Shown here one piece after another: positions 50,943 to 63,473 of a stretch of DNA of 64,000 nucleotides. This DNA comes from Selaginella moellendorffii (lineage: Eukaryota > Plantae > Lycopodiophyta). The notes under the pieces were generated by a model that was given only the letters and a program-made list of their open reading frames with translations, was not told the DNA's origin and made no database searches. The stretch spans positions 1,230,330 to 1,294,329 of the forward strand of contig NW_003314283.1 of NCBI RefSeq assembly GCF_000143415.4, written 5' to 3'. The position numbers and the translations under genes are program-made. The first letter of the stretch is position 1. The number at the start of each line of letters is the position of its first letter.

Positions 50943-53625
50943 TTATATCACAGTTCCATCCTTTAGTATCGAGTTCTTCACGACAACAGTGATTCCAGAA
51001 CGGATGTAGATTCCTTCGGATGGTCTCTCAGCCTCTTGCACACCCTGGTTGATCCACAGTGGTTGATGAGAGCTCATGAAAAAGGAATCGAGAAAAACAA
51101 ACTTACATCTGTGTTTGTGATAATGACATGGCTGCCGATCCTTGCGTTCTTATCAACCAAGCAGTTCCTGAGATCGAGAAAATGGCATTATTTAGCTTCA
51201 GTGACTATAATAACTTGTCACCTATGGTTTACCTCATTGTTGTGTGCTCGCCCACACCAAGTGGAACTTTGCCCTGTGCTCTCAGTGCAGCAATCTCGGC
51301 CTCAGTTTCATAGGAATCAGCTCCCATTATGATGGTATCCTGTTTCAAAAAATTTAAGCAGTTCTACCTTTACCACTGTCTTGGGTATGATGGAAATGAC
51401 AAACCTTAAGCTCTACACCAGACTCTAGCCTGGAACGGACGCCAATGAGTGAATGCTCCACACTGCAGGACTTTAGAAAGCAGCCGTGCGATACGATAGA
51501 ATCTATAATCTGCACCGGCGACAAATCATGGTCAAGAATTTTTCCTCATGAGGCAGCCCGACACTTACCCTGCATTTCTCCATCTTTGTTGGAGGCAAAA
51601 ATCGCGGAGATGTGAAGATGGGATTGGAAGCATCGTAAAAGCTGAACTTTGGTGGCTGCAAAAGAGTTTTCTTTTTGTATGAGTAAGTGTTTAACTGCGA
51701 AGTTCCAACTCCAAAGGCATTACCTGAGCGGTGAGAGCGAGATTAGCGTCAAAAAACGACTTAATAGTTCCAATGTCTTCCCAGTAGTCATTGAAGAGAT
51801 ACGCCTGCAATATCAAGTTTTAGGGGTAGAATGCAAGACAAAGCACACGAACTTCCCACCTGAACATTGTACTCGTTCGCTGCAGCGGGAATGATCTCCG
51901 AGCCAAAGTCATTAGAGGTAGGATACCGCCATCTAACAATGATTTAACAAACCGGAAAGAATAGGTAAAATAAACCAATAAATTTGGAAGACTGATATCA
52001 CCTGAGGAGTTTGAGGAGTACGTCTTTGCGAAACACGTAAATCCCCATGGATGCAATGTATGGCATCTTTTTCGCCTCCTCCCGTGAAAGACCCAACGCA
52101 GTTGTGTCAACTTGCTGTTGAACACGAAAAAGAAAAAGTAAAAAGCACTTGCATGAGAAAGTGAAACAAAAGAACCTCTTTCTGAAAAGCTTACCATTGC
52201 TTTCAGATCCATGCCTTTGGGCTTCTCGCTAAACGAGATGATCCGGCCCCTCGCGTCGGTCTTAACGAGCCCGAAATCCGATGCCCGGCTAAACAAGAAA
52301 AGAAGAAGAGAAACAAGAAACGAATCGTCAAGTGCTCGGCAGAATGCCAGAAACAATTGAATAAAGTACGACAAAGATACTGTGAGAAACGACACCAAGT
52401 GTTCGCCGGAGCGGGCCACAGCTGTCCGCGCTAGCATTTTAACCTCTAGTGGTTCACTTGCATGGGAAATTCTAAAGGTGCTCACCTCTCGTCCACAGGA
52501 ACACATGAGATGGTGATGTCTGCACCAGAGTCCTTGTGCTTCTGCGGGAGCAACGCCAACCACCATACGACTGACATAAGTCACACGCCACACAAACTGC
52601 GCGCATAAGAAAACATACCTGGACAAAGTCCATGTAGTCCATGCGGTAGAGGTGATCACCGGAGAGAACAAGCACGTAGTCGACGTCCTTGTTTCTCACA
52701 TCCTTGTCATACAAAACGAAACCTCAGCATGCGAGTCCAACACCTTGGAAATGGTAAGAGTACCTCAAAAAGCCAAGTGAACTGCCTCACGGCGTCCGCG
52801 GTCCCTTGAAACCAATTCATACCAGACTCCCCTGGAGTTTGCGTTGCTGCCAGTACCTACATCAATCACACGCACAAAGATCTGAGACCAAACACTCCGT
52901 ATAACAGATTTTTCTAGCTCTCTCATTTCCTCCACCTCAACAAAGCCTTCCCCAGCATTGATGAAGTTGTAGGTGCGAGCGAGGTGGCGGTTGAGCGACG
53001 CCGAGTTGAACTGCGTGAGTACGAAAACTCGATTGATCCCGCTGTTGATGCAGTTGCTCATTGGAACATCGATCAAGCGGTAGCCACCGCCAATTGGCAC
53101 CTTGAGGAACAAAGTGTGTGACGGGGAGTTAATACACACACGAGAAAGCAGAGGAAGAAAAGGTGTAGCTCTCGATCATACCGCAGGCTTTGCCCTTTGC
53201 TTTGTGAGGGGAAACAGTCGCGTTCCAACGCCGCCTCCCAGGATGATGGAGACGACCGACTTGGGATCCACGCGCGGGGTCTCAAACACTGAGAATGGTA
53301 GCTCGACTTGCTGGAAATCGATCAAACAAGAGGAATCAATGCTTCCATAGGAGAAGAGGCTATACAAACTCACCTTTGCTTCGCGCGGGGGATAATCCAC
53401 TAGAACAGCGGACGATAGAGCGGCATTCCCTCCTTTCTGGGCCGCCTGGCATTTGGCGATCCTCGGCTTAGATTTCTCGGGGATCTTCTTGAGATGGAGA
53501 GCTGCCCCGAATAAATCGCGCTTGGCGAGCGACGAGCTGGCTGATTTGCAGGCATGCAGGTAGTCTTTCCTGCCCCCCGCACTGACCGATCCCATTGGAC
53601 TGGAAGAAATCGCGGCGTTGGCCAT
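50943..53625 (-). CDS. APL: ADP-glucose pyrophosphorylase large subunit with transit peptide
   Basis: [67 protein letters not shown]; C-terminus [18 protein letters not shown]. Confidence 0.96.
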
Positions 53626-54888
53626 GGATGATCTCCTCGAGCGAAATATCGATCAAGAACCCCTGGGACGCGATATTTCCTCTGTTCCTCGCGAAGATCG
53701 AGATAAATAGCGCTCGCGTTGTCACCTCCTCACGGGCTGGGATGTCTGTAACACGAGGAAGGAAAAGAGAAAGCCGGGAGCCGCTCGCTGCTTGACACAC
53801 AAGGCACTACAGGACGAGATCACCGACACACCCTGCGCCTGGCACGCCGATCAGTCCCTATTTCGCTTTCGATCAGCAGCGGCATTGATCCATCACTGGA
53901 TCGCAAAGGATTTCTAGCTAGCGAATCGAGGGAGAAGGAGCGGGGGGCTCTCGATCGATCGAGGAGAGCGTTTGCTAGCAATCGTATAAGTAACACTGGC
54001 GCTCACCGCCAAAACACAAGAAAAACAAAAAACCTAGCCCTCGCCTGTGATACGTCGCGGGTTCACATCCCACGCACATTTCTTCCACTTGCGAGAACAT
54101 TCGGTGGCATATGCTGTCCCCGTTGTACGCGATTGGACGTACTTTCACTAGTTGGTAGGGGTTTTTCAGTCACATTTCCTTGATATTTTCCATGGAATCT
54201 CACAATGTGTGGTCTCTAAGCCCTAACCAATTGTGGCGCAACACTGTCACCCTCATCCCGTGCGTGTGGGCCTCTCTTTTTTGCCCTAGAACACTGCTAA
54301 ATGAAAAAGAGAGCTACCTTTCAAACAAATTACATTTTCAACCACGTTTTATTTACCGGTGGACGATGCCTATTGGTCGCGATTTGCCATCTTGTTGGTT
54401 GTGCTTGGATTTGATCACGAGGACCTATAGATAATAATATCGTTTACTCAAACAACCTTAATACGTGATCTCATCCACAACGAGAATAGTTTATATTATG
54501 GCCTTTAGCGCAGGGATCGCTTTCAGGATCATATGAATTCACGTCGGATCCACGCCCAGGTGTCGCAATACGATTGAATAGACATACTTTTCGTGCCTGC
54601 AATACAGTATTATACGTAAGATCTTTCCTGAAGAAGCATCGGGCCTCGCAGCACGTTCTGCATGGAGTTTCTTTTCTTGCCACCTTTTTCTCTCTAGCTC
54701 ACGGGCGTGCACGGGCGACGTGGCAACATCTTCGCCTACCACGTGTCTGGGCAATCCAATGACGTGGACGTTGCCAGCTGTCAGACGGTTTGCTAGATTG
54801 CTGGTCCCACCCGAAAGAGACATACAGGCCTATGATTCGCCCCCCTGAGATCCACATTCTCTAGCCGCGAAGATTCGAGCATTGGGAA

Positions 54889-54918
54889 GAATATACACCA
54901 CAATATCTGGGTATATTC
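54889..54918. promoter_or_regulatory. Paired P1BS (GNATATNC) phosphate-starvation elements
   Basis: GAATATAC at 54889 and GTATATTC at 54911, upstream of TATAAA at 54992; third site GCATATGC at 54107. Confidence 0.7.
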
Positions 54919-55540
54919 GAATGATTATTGAATCTTTTAATATTCCCAACGGGATCGCGCCAAGTGGCGTAGCCCTAGCCGTCCGTTTTGGTATAAAGGG
55001 GCGGCGACCCATGCGTACGACTGTACGTCATTGCTAAAACGAGTTGCTATGAAGCTCCCCTGGAATTTTGAGTGGCCCGGCTAGGTTTTCCAGGAGAGTG
55101 CGCAGGCATTTCGATCGATCGATCGATCGATCTCACCAGGCGATTGGCGCACACGCGTTGGATCGAATCGGTCGTCGTGGCGTGATTAAGGTGATCTCGC
55201 GTGAATTTTCTAGCCTAGTTTTTGCTTTGAGATGCATGTGAAACTGGAGCTCTTGTTTTGTCCTGTTTGCGCAGAGGTCCCAGGGACCAGCTGTGTGATG
55301 TGAGCTCCTCTACCAAAAATTTCTCCCAGGATCCATTGTGTTCCTCCTTGCGCATTAATTGCGTATAGCGCTAGATCTTCTCTTCTCGGCCAATTCATTC
55401 CCAAGGCATAGCTGGCAGTCCCTCGTTGCGTACGCATTTGGGGCTTGATCTTCGGCGTGGCCAAGTCATTGAGCTTTTTGGTTGCTTTTCTTTTCTTCCA
55501 GTGGATAGTGGATTGCAACTATAGCAGGAGTTAAGGTATC

Positions 55541-58244
55541 ATGGTCCACTTTGGACATTATATCTTGGCGAACAGAATTCCAGAATGGGAAAGGTAAGAT
55601 CACAGGAATGTCGGGGGAATGTCAACTCTAAAAATTTATGATCTTTTTGATGTTCCAGTCACTACATTGGCTACAAGGCTCTGAAGAAGAGGATAAACGA
55701 GTATGCAGCTCGCGCGTCTCATGCTTCCTCGGAGGAAAGAGAGCAAATCATAAGCTCTTTTGCGCAACTTCTCGACTCACAGGTACCAAGTTCAACTAGT
55801 TCTTTGCAAAGCTTGTGATTTTGGCACTCCTGTTTGGAAAGGTGGAGCGAATTGTGCTGTTTCTCATGGAGAAGCAAGGACTTCTCGCAGAAAAGCTGCT
55901 GAAGCTGGCCGAGAAGCAGGAAAAATCCCTTGCCACCATGGAAATTGACGTGGAGGCTGCGACAAGCTATCACCTAATTGAGGAATACAGGCAAGAACAT
56001 CTGTCACTTGAATTCACTGTGTAAACTCCGTGTAAACAACGCAGAGCTATTGGACAAGAGCTTCTCAAGCTTTTGAACTTTGTGGAGATGAACACCACTG
56101 GCCTCAGGAAGATACTTAAAAAATTTGACAAGCGCGTTGGCTTTCGTTTCAGAGAACAATATCTGGCGTCCCGAATAAACCACCCTTATTCTCAACTACA
56201 ACAAGTCTTCAAACAAGTGGTAAGTGTTCCACATTTTCTTCTGTTTCGTTGTTTTTCCTTCTCTCTCTGGTATTTATTTTTTACAAGCTTGCAGGGTATT
56301 GGAGCTCTAATGGGAACTATAGCTCAAAATCTTGCTCAGCTGAGCTCCGGGCACAGTCACAGACAGAGTTACTTCTCTCTCTTTAGAAAGTCATCTCTTC
56401 CTATCGAGCATGAACCTATAATCAAGGTCTGTATTGTCTCATCCCAAAACATGGAAATGTAACACTAGGTATTGAACAGGCTCTCGAAGGAGCACTACAC
56501 AGGCTTACAAAAGAAGTGACTTTTATGTCCTTCGTTGCAAATGACCTGCTCTTACCTGAACCGTCTGACCATGCTTTAGAAACTGCCGATGAGCGAGAGT
56601 TCCATTTCATGTCGGTCCAGCTCAACCTATGGAATACTTTCCTCTACATGGTACTGCGATTGCCACATCCATGCTCTAAAAGTTCTAATCGTGGATCTTG
56701 TACCAGGCAAACTACTACATTATAGTTCCCACTTCAGATGATTATGCCGAAACTTTACACGTTCCTGGAACCATGAACGGGGTGATTATTGGAGCCATGC
56801 CACTGGCAGCACTTGTGTCTGCACTGGTTTATAGCTGGTGGTCGAACTTCTCTTACAGAGCTCCACTGTTTATAAGTACGCTGCTCTTGATGGCCGGCAA
56901 TCTCATGTACGCGCTGGCGTTGCCCTTCCACTCGTTCTGGTTTTTGGTCATAGGACGTGCCTTGAGCGGGTAAACTTGCTTGCGACATTTTAATGTTTTC
57001 GTATTTTTTTACGTGCTCGAGCCTTGTGTAACAGGCTGGGAGGTGCAAGGGCGATCAACCGGCGATATCTTATGGATCATGTTCCTGTTAAGCACCTTAC
57101 AAACGTATCAGCGTCGTTTGTTATCGCCAGCTCGCTAGGAATGGCGGCTGGCCCTGCACTTGCAAGCCTCCTCATCAAGCTAGACTTCCAGGTAAGCTGA
57201 AAACATATCGATAGTTTATGAATGACTTCAACCTTTCAAACAGATGCTAGGCTTTCCAGTGAACCAATTCACGGCTCCTGGATGGGTGATGTTACTTCTT
57301 TGGGGAATATATCTGATCGTTTCACTCTTTGCATTCAAAGAACCAAAGCGGCTGAGCGTCAACCATGACACAGAAAACCAGGTTCACAGTGCTTTTGTAG
57401 ATGATGGTTCGGATTCTGGTTCTGGTATCACTGACCCTTTATTGGGAGAAGAAATGGTTCCGGCCAAAGGCAGGAAACCTGCTGGAAGTATTTCAGAACT
57501 CTTCAGGGCGATAAATACACCAGTACAGATCTTGCTCTTGGTGTATTTTATGCTCAAGTTTGCCGTGGAAATGTTGGTATCCGAATCTGGGATTATCTCT
57601 GAGTTTTACTTCCAGTGGAGCTCTTCACAGGTATGCAAACATTTGCAGATTTTTTAATATGCACATATATTTTGATCAGGTGGGATACTTCTTAGGAGCA
57701 CTTGGATTGGCTGTGCTTCCAATTTGTGCAGTGGTTGCTAACTATATCAGCAACACATTCGCGGATAGGTAGTAACACCTTTTTTTTCTCACATTTCTAC
57801 GTTTTTTTCTTGTAGGGTCGTAATTTTTTGGACAGAGATTCTAATTGCATTAGGAGTCATTGCAAACATCTGCTATTATCCATTATTCAGATATACCACA
57901 GTGCAATATGTTGCTTCGGCTATTGTAATTTTCCTTTCAACAAATGTGCTTGAAGGTTAGTCTTGGATTTCCTGGAGCTTTTATCTCACTTGGAAAAAGT
58001 TTCAGGGGTTAACATGTCACTTCTTTCCAAAGTAATGCCGTCGCGTCTATCTAGAGGAGTTTTCAATTGTGGATTTCTTTCCACTGAAGCTGGGACACTA
58101 GCTAGAGCATTATCTGATGGATTAATATCTTTGGCTGGTAAAGCAGGAATGGAGTACCTTCTTATTGTTACTATGATTCCAACTCTAGTGCTTGTCTTGG
58201 CAACAATTGCCTGCACCTGGATTGGGTATTATACACTCTATTAA
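55541..58244 (+). CDS. SPX-MFS: SPX-MFS vacuolar phosphate transporter (PHT5/VPT-like)
   Basis: [77 protein letters not shown]. Confidence 0.95.
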
Positions 58245-59503
58245 CCCATAAATATTTGCACTCAATTTTGAGTTTAAAATTTTGCATTTTGCTGTATAAA
58301 ATACTGTATTAAACAATTTGAGCAATTAGGGCTTGAATTTATTTTTCTAGTTATAACATATACTCTATGTTCAGATTTTCAGGTTTGCCTCGGTCACCTA
58401 TACAAGGACTAAAATCTGCATAAATATATTTGTGGAAACTTTCTTCGGGCAATTCTTGCATATATTTCCTGTTTTTCTATTGCTAACGAAATATATAGCT
58501 TTTTTCGTTGGCAATGTATTTTACAAACTATGAGTTCATTTGTAACTAATATATACTTTTTTCAGCTTTTTGCCCTTAATATTTTATCTTGAGCGTTCTA
58601 TCCATCTCCATACCTGCGAGTCTCAAAGGCTCTAATCAGGTCAAAACTTCGCAGATGCTGTGTGGGCGAGAGGCTGGGATCTGGCTGCCAAGTCCAAGTC
58701 TCTCATGAGGTATGCCAAGTTCAAGTCGCTTATGAGGTATGCTGGGAAATTGTTCATGCCCAAGCTCCCTTTGACAAGGATTTTGTGAGGAAGAGAGACG
58801 GTGGGAAGTGCTACGGGACCTGGAGCTGTGCTGTCAGCCAGTGAGCGAGGAGGAGGCGATCAAGACGCTGGTGGAGACACTGAAGAGGGATGCCGTCTCG
58901 ATCTCACGCCGAGACCATCTTTGAAAAACTTGGCCATAGACTTGTGGGGACTGTAAGAAAAAAGGAACATCACATGAACAGCAGTTTGGAACTTTCAGGT
59001 CGCTTGTTTGTCCTGGACTTTGAAAAACTTTTGGTCTCCCAGAAAATGACATGGATATAAAAGCATTTAAATATGAAACTTGTGCCCACACATTGGGCAG
59101 TCTAGCCTTCATCTCAACGTCACCTTTGAGGAGACAAGTTTTCTGCTTCCAAAGTCAACATCCCTTTAAGGTATTAAAAATGTCATTTAAATAAGTGTTG
59201 AAAATTACCAGTTAATATGAGGTCGCAATCACTCATTGTTTACAATTGCGACCGACGAATTATAGTACCCAATCTCTCACGTGGAGGCCACATGTGCTCC
59301 TTGGCCTTATGTGCACAAGATAACTCACGAGACACACGCCTTTTCATTTGTGTGGTCAATATAGTCATTGCAATATGTAAAATAAAAGTAATTTGTCTTA
59401 AAATTAATCAGAAATATACTTTATATAGGCCTTTGGTGTTGCAATATATCTCCTTGGAGGAGTATAAATTGCCAAACCCCACAAGCCCACTTTGCAGACA
59501 ATC

Positions 59504-60083
59504 ATGTCTAGTTCTTTTCTCGTAGCATTGCTTCTCTTCTCCATTTGGGGTTGCGCTGCTGCTGCTTCAACAAGTGGAGAAGAGAACTTGATTTCTTCCA
59601 TTCAAGACGTCAATGGAAGCTTCACTGGTACGTAGCTCAATTTAGTGTAATGCAGATGGATTGAGAGGATATCCTCAGTGGGTATCTTTCAAGATAACAA
59701 ACCTGGGACCAGACACCTTAGTAGTGAGAAACTCCGTCTTACCATGGGGGAAATGGTACAAGTACCCAAATAAGGGCATTGATGGTAGCTCTCCGGGTGG
59801 GGTAACGATTGCATCAGGAGCAACCTCTCCCACCCCACCATTTGCTGCATGTGGAAGAGAAAACTCTCCATCTGGGACTGAAGGTACGTTTGACCTCTAT
59901 GCCAAGGAGATCAAAGTTGCCACTATATACTTTGATTGTCCCTACATTGGCAGCAATAAGCTGTCTGTCCAATATGCGTGCAACACTTGTGTTGTGCAGC
60001 TTCCCTCCTTTTCTACTTCTGGTCCCTTAGGAGACCTTGTAATCAAAGTGGTGGCACTCGTAAATCTTGAGGCTGAAGCTTAG
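59504..60083 (+). CDS. Aegerolysin-family protein with a predicted signal-peptide exon
   Basis: YPQWVSF.ITN..WGKW..ACGRENSPSGTEGTFDL..IYFDCPYIGSN..SGPLG matches ostreolysin/pleurotolysin A (YAQWV, SWGK, ACGR..GTTGTFDL, YWDCPW); upstream MSSSFLVALLLFSIWGCAAA; TATAAA at 59463. Confidence 0.9.
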
Positions 60084-60209
60084 CATGAAGCTTCATTGCC
60101 AGTGCTCACATACTCCTTTTAAATAATATATTGCCCCCAGTTTGAGGCACAGGCTCTTCTCCTTTGAGGTCTCGGGTTCTAATCTACATGTTTTGGTAGA
60201 ACAGAGGAC

Positions 60210-60720
60210 CTGGACGACAATCCGGAGGAGGAGGAAGAGATTGATCGTAAAGAAGTTGATGTGGAGCAAGGGGAGGGCGAGATCGAGGCGGTGGCGAGCG
60301 AGGTTGACGGGTGCTTGTGGGGATACGCCGAGAGCGGCGTGATCTCGTGCGAGACTTTTGTGGCGCTGGAGCGGGCATTTCCTCCGGGATCGCGGGGGAA
60401 CCACGACATGCTCTACTCGGCGGTGGAGAAGATGATCGCCAAGCGGTGGCGACGAGATCCACAAGCTGTGGAGCTTCGTGGATTGCTCCACGCTCAGCTC
60501 GGGTGTGTATGACAAGGCGATGAGGAACGCCTCGTATCTCTGCCAGCCCCATGTGCTCGAGTGTGTGCTGTGAAGGCACAGCGAGGAGCTCGATGGCGAT
60601 CACGACGGCCACCATGCTTCGTCCATTGACTTTCGGGATGTCATGCACAAGGTGATCAGGCGAGCCTGAAGCTGCTCCAAGAGAACTCGTCAAAGAGATC
60701 AAGGAGCTGCAAAAGCAACG
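60210..60720 (+). pseudogene. NPH3-domain fragment, frameshifted
   Basis: VASEVDGCL..FVALERAFPPGSRGNHDMLYSAVE, then (shifted frame) KLWSFVDCSTLS; resembles NPH3 VAKLVDGYL..AR..HDGLYRAID..MDC.KLS. Confidence 0.65.
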
Positions 60721-60839
60721 AGATGAGCTCCCAAGAGACCTCGGTCATGGTTACTTTTTCTGTTAGCAAACGAGATACAAATCTTGCTCCTGGACCATGT
60801 TCATTTCACGTGCTTTTTGTGAGCAATTGTTTCCCGACG

Positions 60840-61100
60840 TGCAAAGTCCAACATGCTGCTTCACATGTATGCCAACTGCGGGAGCCTGGAGCGTCCGCGC
60901 TCGCGCCGTGTTCAATGGGATCGCGCCCTGGGCCAGGAATCTCTTCTCCTGGGTGCTCATGCTGTCCACGTATGCCCAAAGTGGGCATACGCCCCAGGTG
61001 TTTGAAGCCATGCCCACGACCTCTTCTCCTGGACAAGCATCCACGGAGGGGATGCTAGGTCAAGCATGGCAAGTGTCTTGCAGCATGAGTCTCTCCAATT
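60840..61100 (+). pseudogene. PPR fragment, frameshifted
   Basis: LLHMYANCGSLE / ARAVFNGIAPWARNLFSWVLMLSTYAQSG. Confidence 0.75.
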
Positions 61101-61219
61101 GACAAGGACGACTTGTTGCTGGTATCGCAAATGTTCAATATTGAATATGCTCTATTCTAAATATATTTTATCCTGTTTGTGCTCCTGAGATATTCTAGAA
61201 TATTTTACCATTCTTCAGG

Positions 61220-62250
61220 TGTTTAACGATGCTATGTCTATCTTCTCGGAAGCATATCGTCAAGATCTACAAGGCATCAAGGATGATCTATCATGATGAG
61301 AGGCTGGGCAATTGCATCCAGTACTTCAGCCTGCAAATCGACCGAAAGCCTCAAAACTCGAAAATCGGTCCATGATCCAATCTATGATCCAGCAGCAGTA
61401 GGTGATATCAAAATATGGGAAGCGTGATGATTACGAGGTTTATTCACATCCTATGTGCAAGTCTCAAACAGCCCATAATTCGAGCTACTCTATAACTCAG
61501 AGAGGGCTGGCCATTCGCAAGCGGCTTTCAAAGAATCATGTCATTCGTTGGATCCGGGATTCACCTGTCGTATGCTGTCAAAAGAGGATTGCCATGACGC
61601 TCATGCTGTTGGTGTCGTCAGCGAGGAGCTCCGTCCCAAGATTTCTGGATTCAACCAAGGAAGGATCGAAGCGCAGCGACAAGCGGCCGCAGAGCAAGGA
61701 ACAGATCCGGTGGAAGACTCCCGAGATGCTGGCACACACAAATCCATTGCAGAAAAACAGTCGCCCCCGGATTACAGACGTCTTCTCGCTGGGAGTTTAT
61801 CATGTGGGAGCTCAGCACTTGGTCTTTAACAAGAATATCGAACCACCCAGATCAAGAAAATCAGAAAAAAGCACCAAGCCAGAGATTGTTGGACAAAGCC
61901 GCTTGGACCTTGGAGACGCAAATCACGGTGAAGACCCGGAATCATGTTCGGAGAATGAGCGCGCCATCTTACTGGATTGGCACAAGAACATGAACAAGAG
62001 GAGGTGGGGCAAGAACATGACATTACGCGGGCGCGGACAGGTGTCGTGCATGCAGAGGCGAGAAATCTACAGGATACAGCCTGTAGGTCTGAATCTTGTT
62101 CTCCATATTAACAGGAGTGTGGCCAGCAGGAGAGACTGCCATATGCAAGAAGGCCGCGGTTGAATGCGGCAAGTCACTTAGTCGACTGAGGGAGAAGATC
62201 AGCAGCCACCTACTTAGCTAATCTTTTATTTCTGCATGGAGGCACCACCG
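61220..62250 (+). pseudogene. Decayed paralog of the gene at 63700 (exon 2 onward) with kinase subdomain VIII-IX remnants
   Basis: cag|GTGTTTAACGATGCTAT shared with 63975-64000; RWKTPEML..TDVFSLG / IMWELST; frameshifts. Confidence 0.6.
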
Positions 62251-62445
62251 CAACCGGGCAAGGATTGGAGACTGATGCGAAACTGCTAGCCGATTCTCTA
62301 GTGATGGATCGAGGTTAATGAAGACATTATCTGTTGCTTTTCTCTGTTTGCTCCATTTCTCCTGAGCTCTCCATGAATTTTCCAAATCCGCTACCCTTCG
62401 TATATTCTAAGCTCACCCAATAGCTGCGGCTTATTGTCAACCATT

Positions 62446-63151
62446 TCACGATACAGAAGGTACAGGAGCCGAAGATGATCTCATAACCGGGTTCATGTTC
62501 CACTTGCACTCGCGGTCCACAGCAACGCCTCTTAACTTCTCTTCAAGAATGCAGCTGACCAAACCAGAGAAGATGAAATTGCTCTTCATGAACAAGGGGT
62601 CCTCCCTTCTCCATGTCCTGCCTCGACTGAAGGATGAGACGTGGCCGCTCTTCTCCAAAACCCCGACCATAGCAGCCCAGTAGAAGAACAGTCTGGAACC
62701 AGATTGCGAGGTGACAAGCGGAAGAAAGCTACATATCCGCACACAGCGTGAACAAGTGGCTAGAGCTCCAGGCCAATCCTTGTCAACAGCGTCACTTAAA
62801 GCGCCCACAGCACCCCAGTCGATCAAAGTGTAGACTTAAGCATATGTTCCTAGGAACTATGTCGTTGTGGACGAGCCCGTGCTCTTTGAAAGCCCGAGAG
62901 GTTGTTGCAAAGAGCTGCTCGCTCATGTCCAAACCGTCCACCGGGCCAAGGCTCGCTTGCAAGTCTGCAAGAGAGGCACCTGTATCAGCATGTTGACACC
63001 TTCCATAGTACCGGCTCGAGCTTCGATCGAAAAGCCACCACGTCATGCAGGAAGTCATGGCACAGCATGTCCCTCTCCGCCTTACCAGAGTTCTCTGTTC
63101 CATTCCAGAAGCATTAGGGCAGGGTGCCATCCTTTTCAAGGTGGAATCCAA
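62446..63151 (-). pseudogene. Fungal-type/Crinkler-associated-like protein kinase fragment, frameshifted
   Basis: HGLVHNDIVPRNI catalytic loop, shift near 62826 to IDWG (DFG equivalent), then WPGALATCS. Confidence 0.55.
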
Positions 63152-63473
63152 AGTTTCCCCCGGTCTGTCCCGTTATGGTAAATTAGAATGCTCATTCTCA
63201 ATTATCTCAAGGAGCTCCTAAAGTTTTCTTCATGCTCCAGGTATTGCTGCCATTGGGATGAGGAATGTAACTGCTTGAGTGAGCGTGACAAATATCAGTT
63301 CTCTGATCTTTCAATTTTGAAGTTCGTTAATATTGCAAGAATCATGAAAATCTGGTAAGTTTGTCTTTAAAATGAGAGTTTATGAGATTCGTTTTTCTGG
63401 TTCTTGGATGCAAGGTGCTTGAAGGCGAGCAGGAGTTCATGTTGCTACTTTTGCAAAAACAAAAGATGCCGAA

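Noticed and set aside
55020-55540. miR827 target site in the SPX-MFS leader
   Set aside because: No convincing complement found by eye
58668-58741. 27-bp tandem duplication and ORF 58662
   Set aside because: Two degenerate copies in an unassignable fragment
61402-62163. 253-aa ORF as an intact gene or as the aegerolysin's MACPF partner
   Set aside because: It switches between true and false frames of a kinase pseudogene; no MACPF signature
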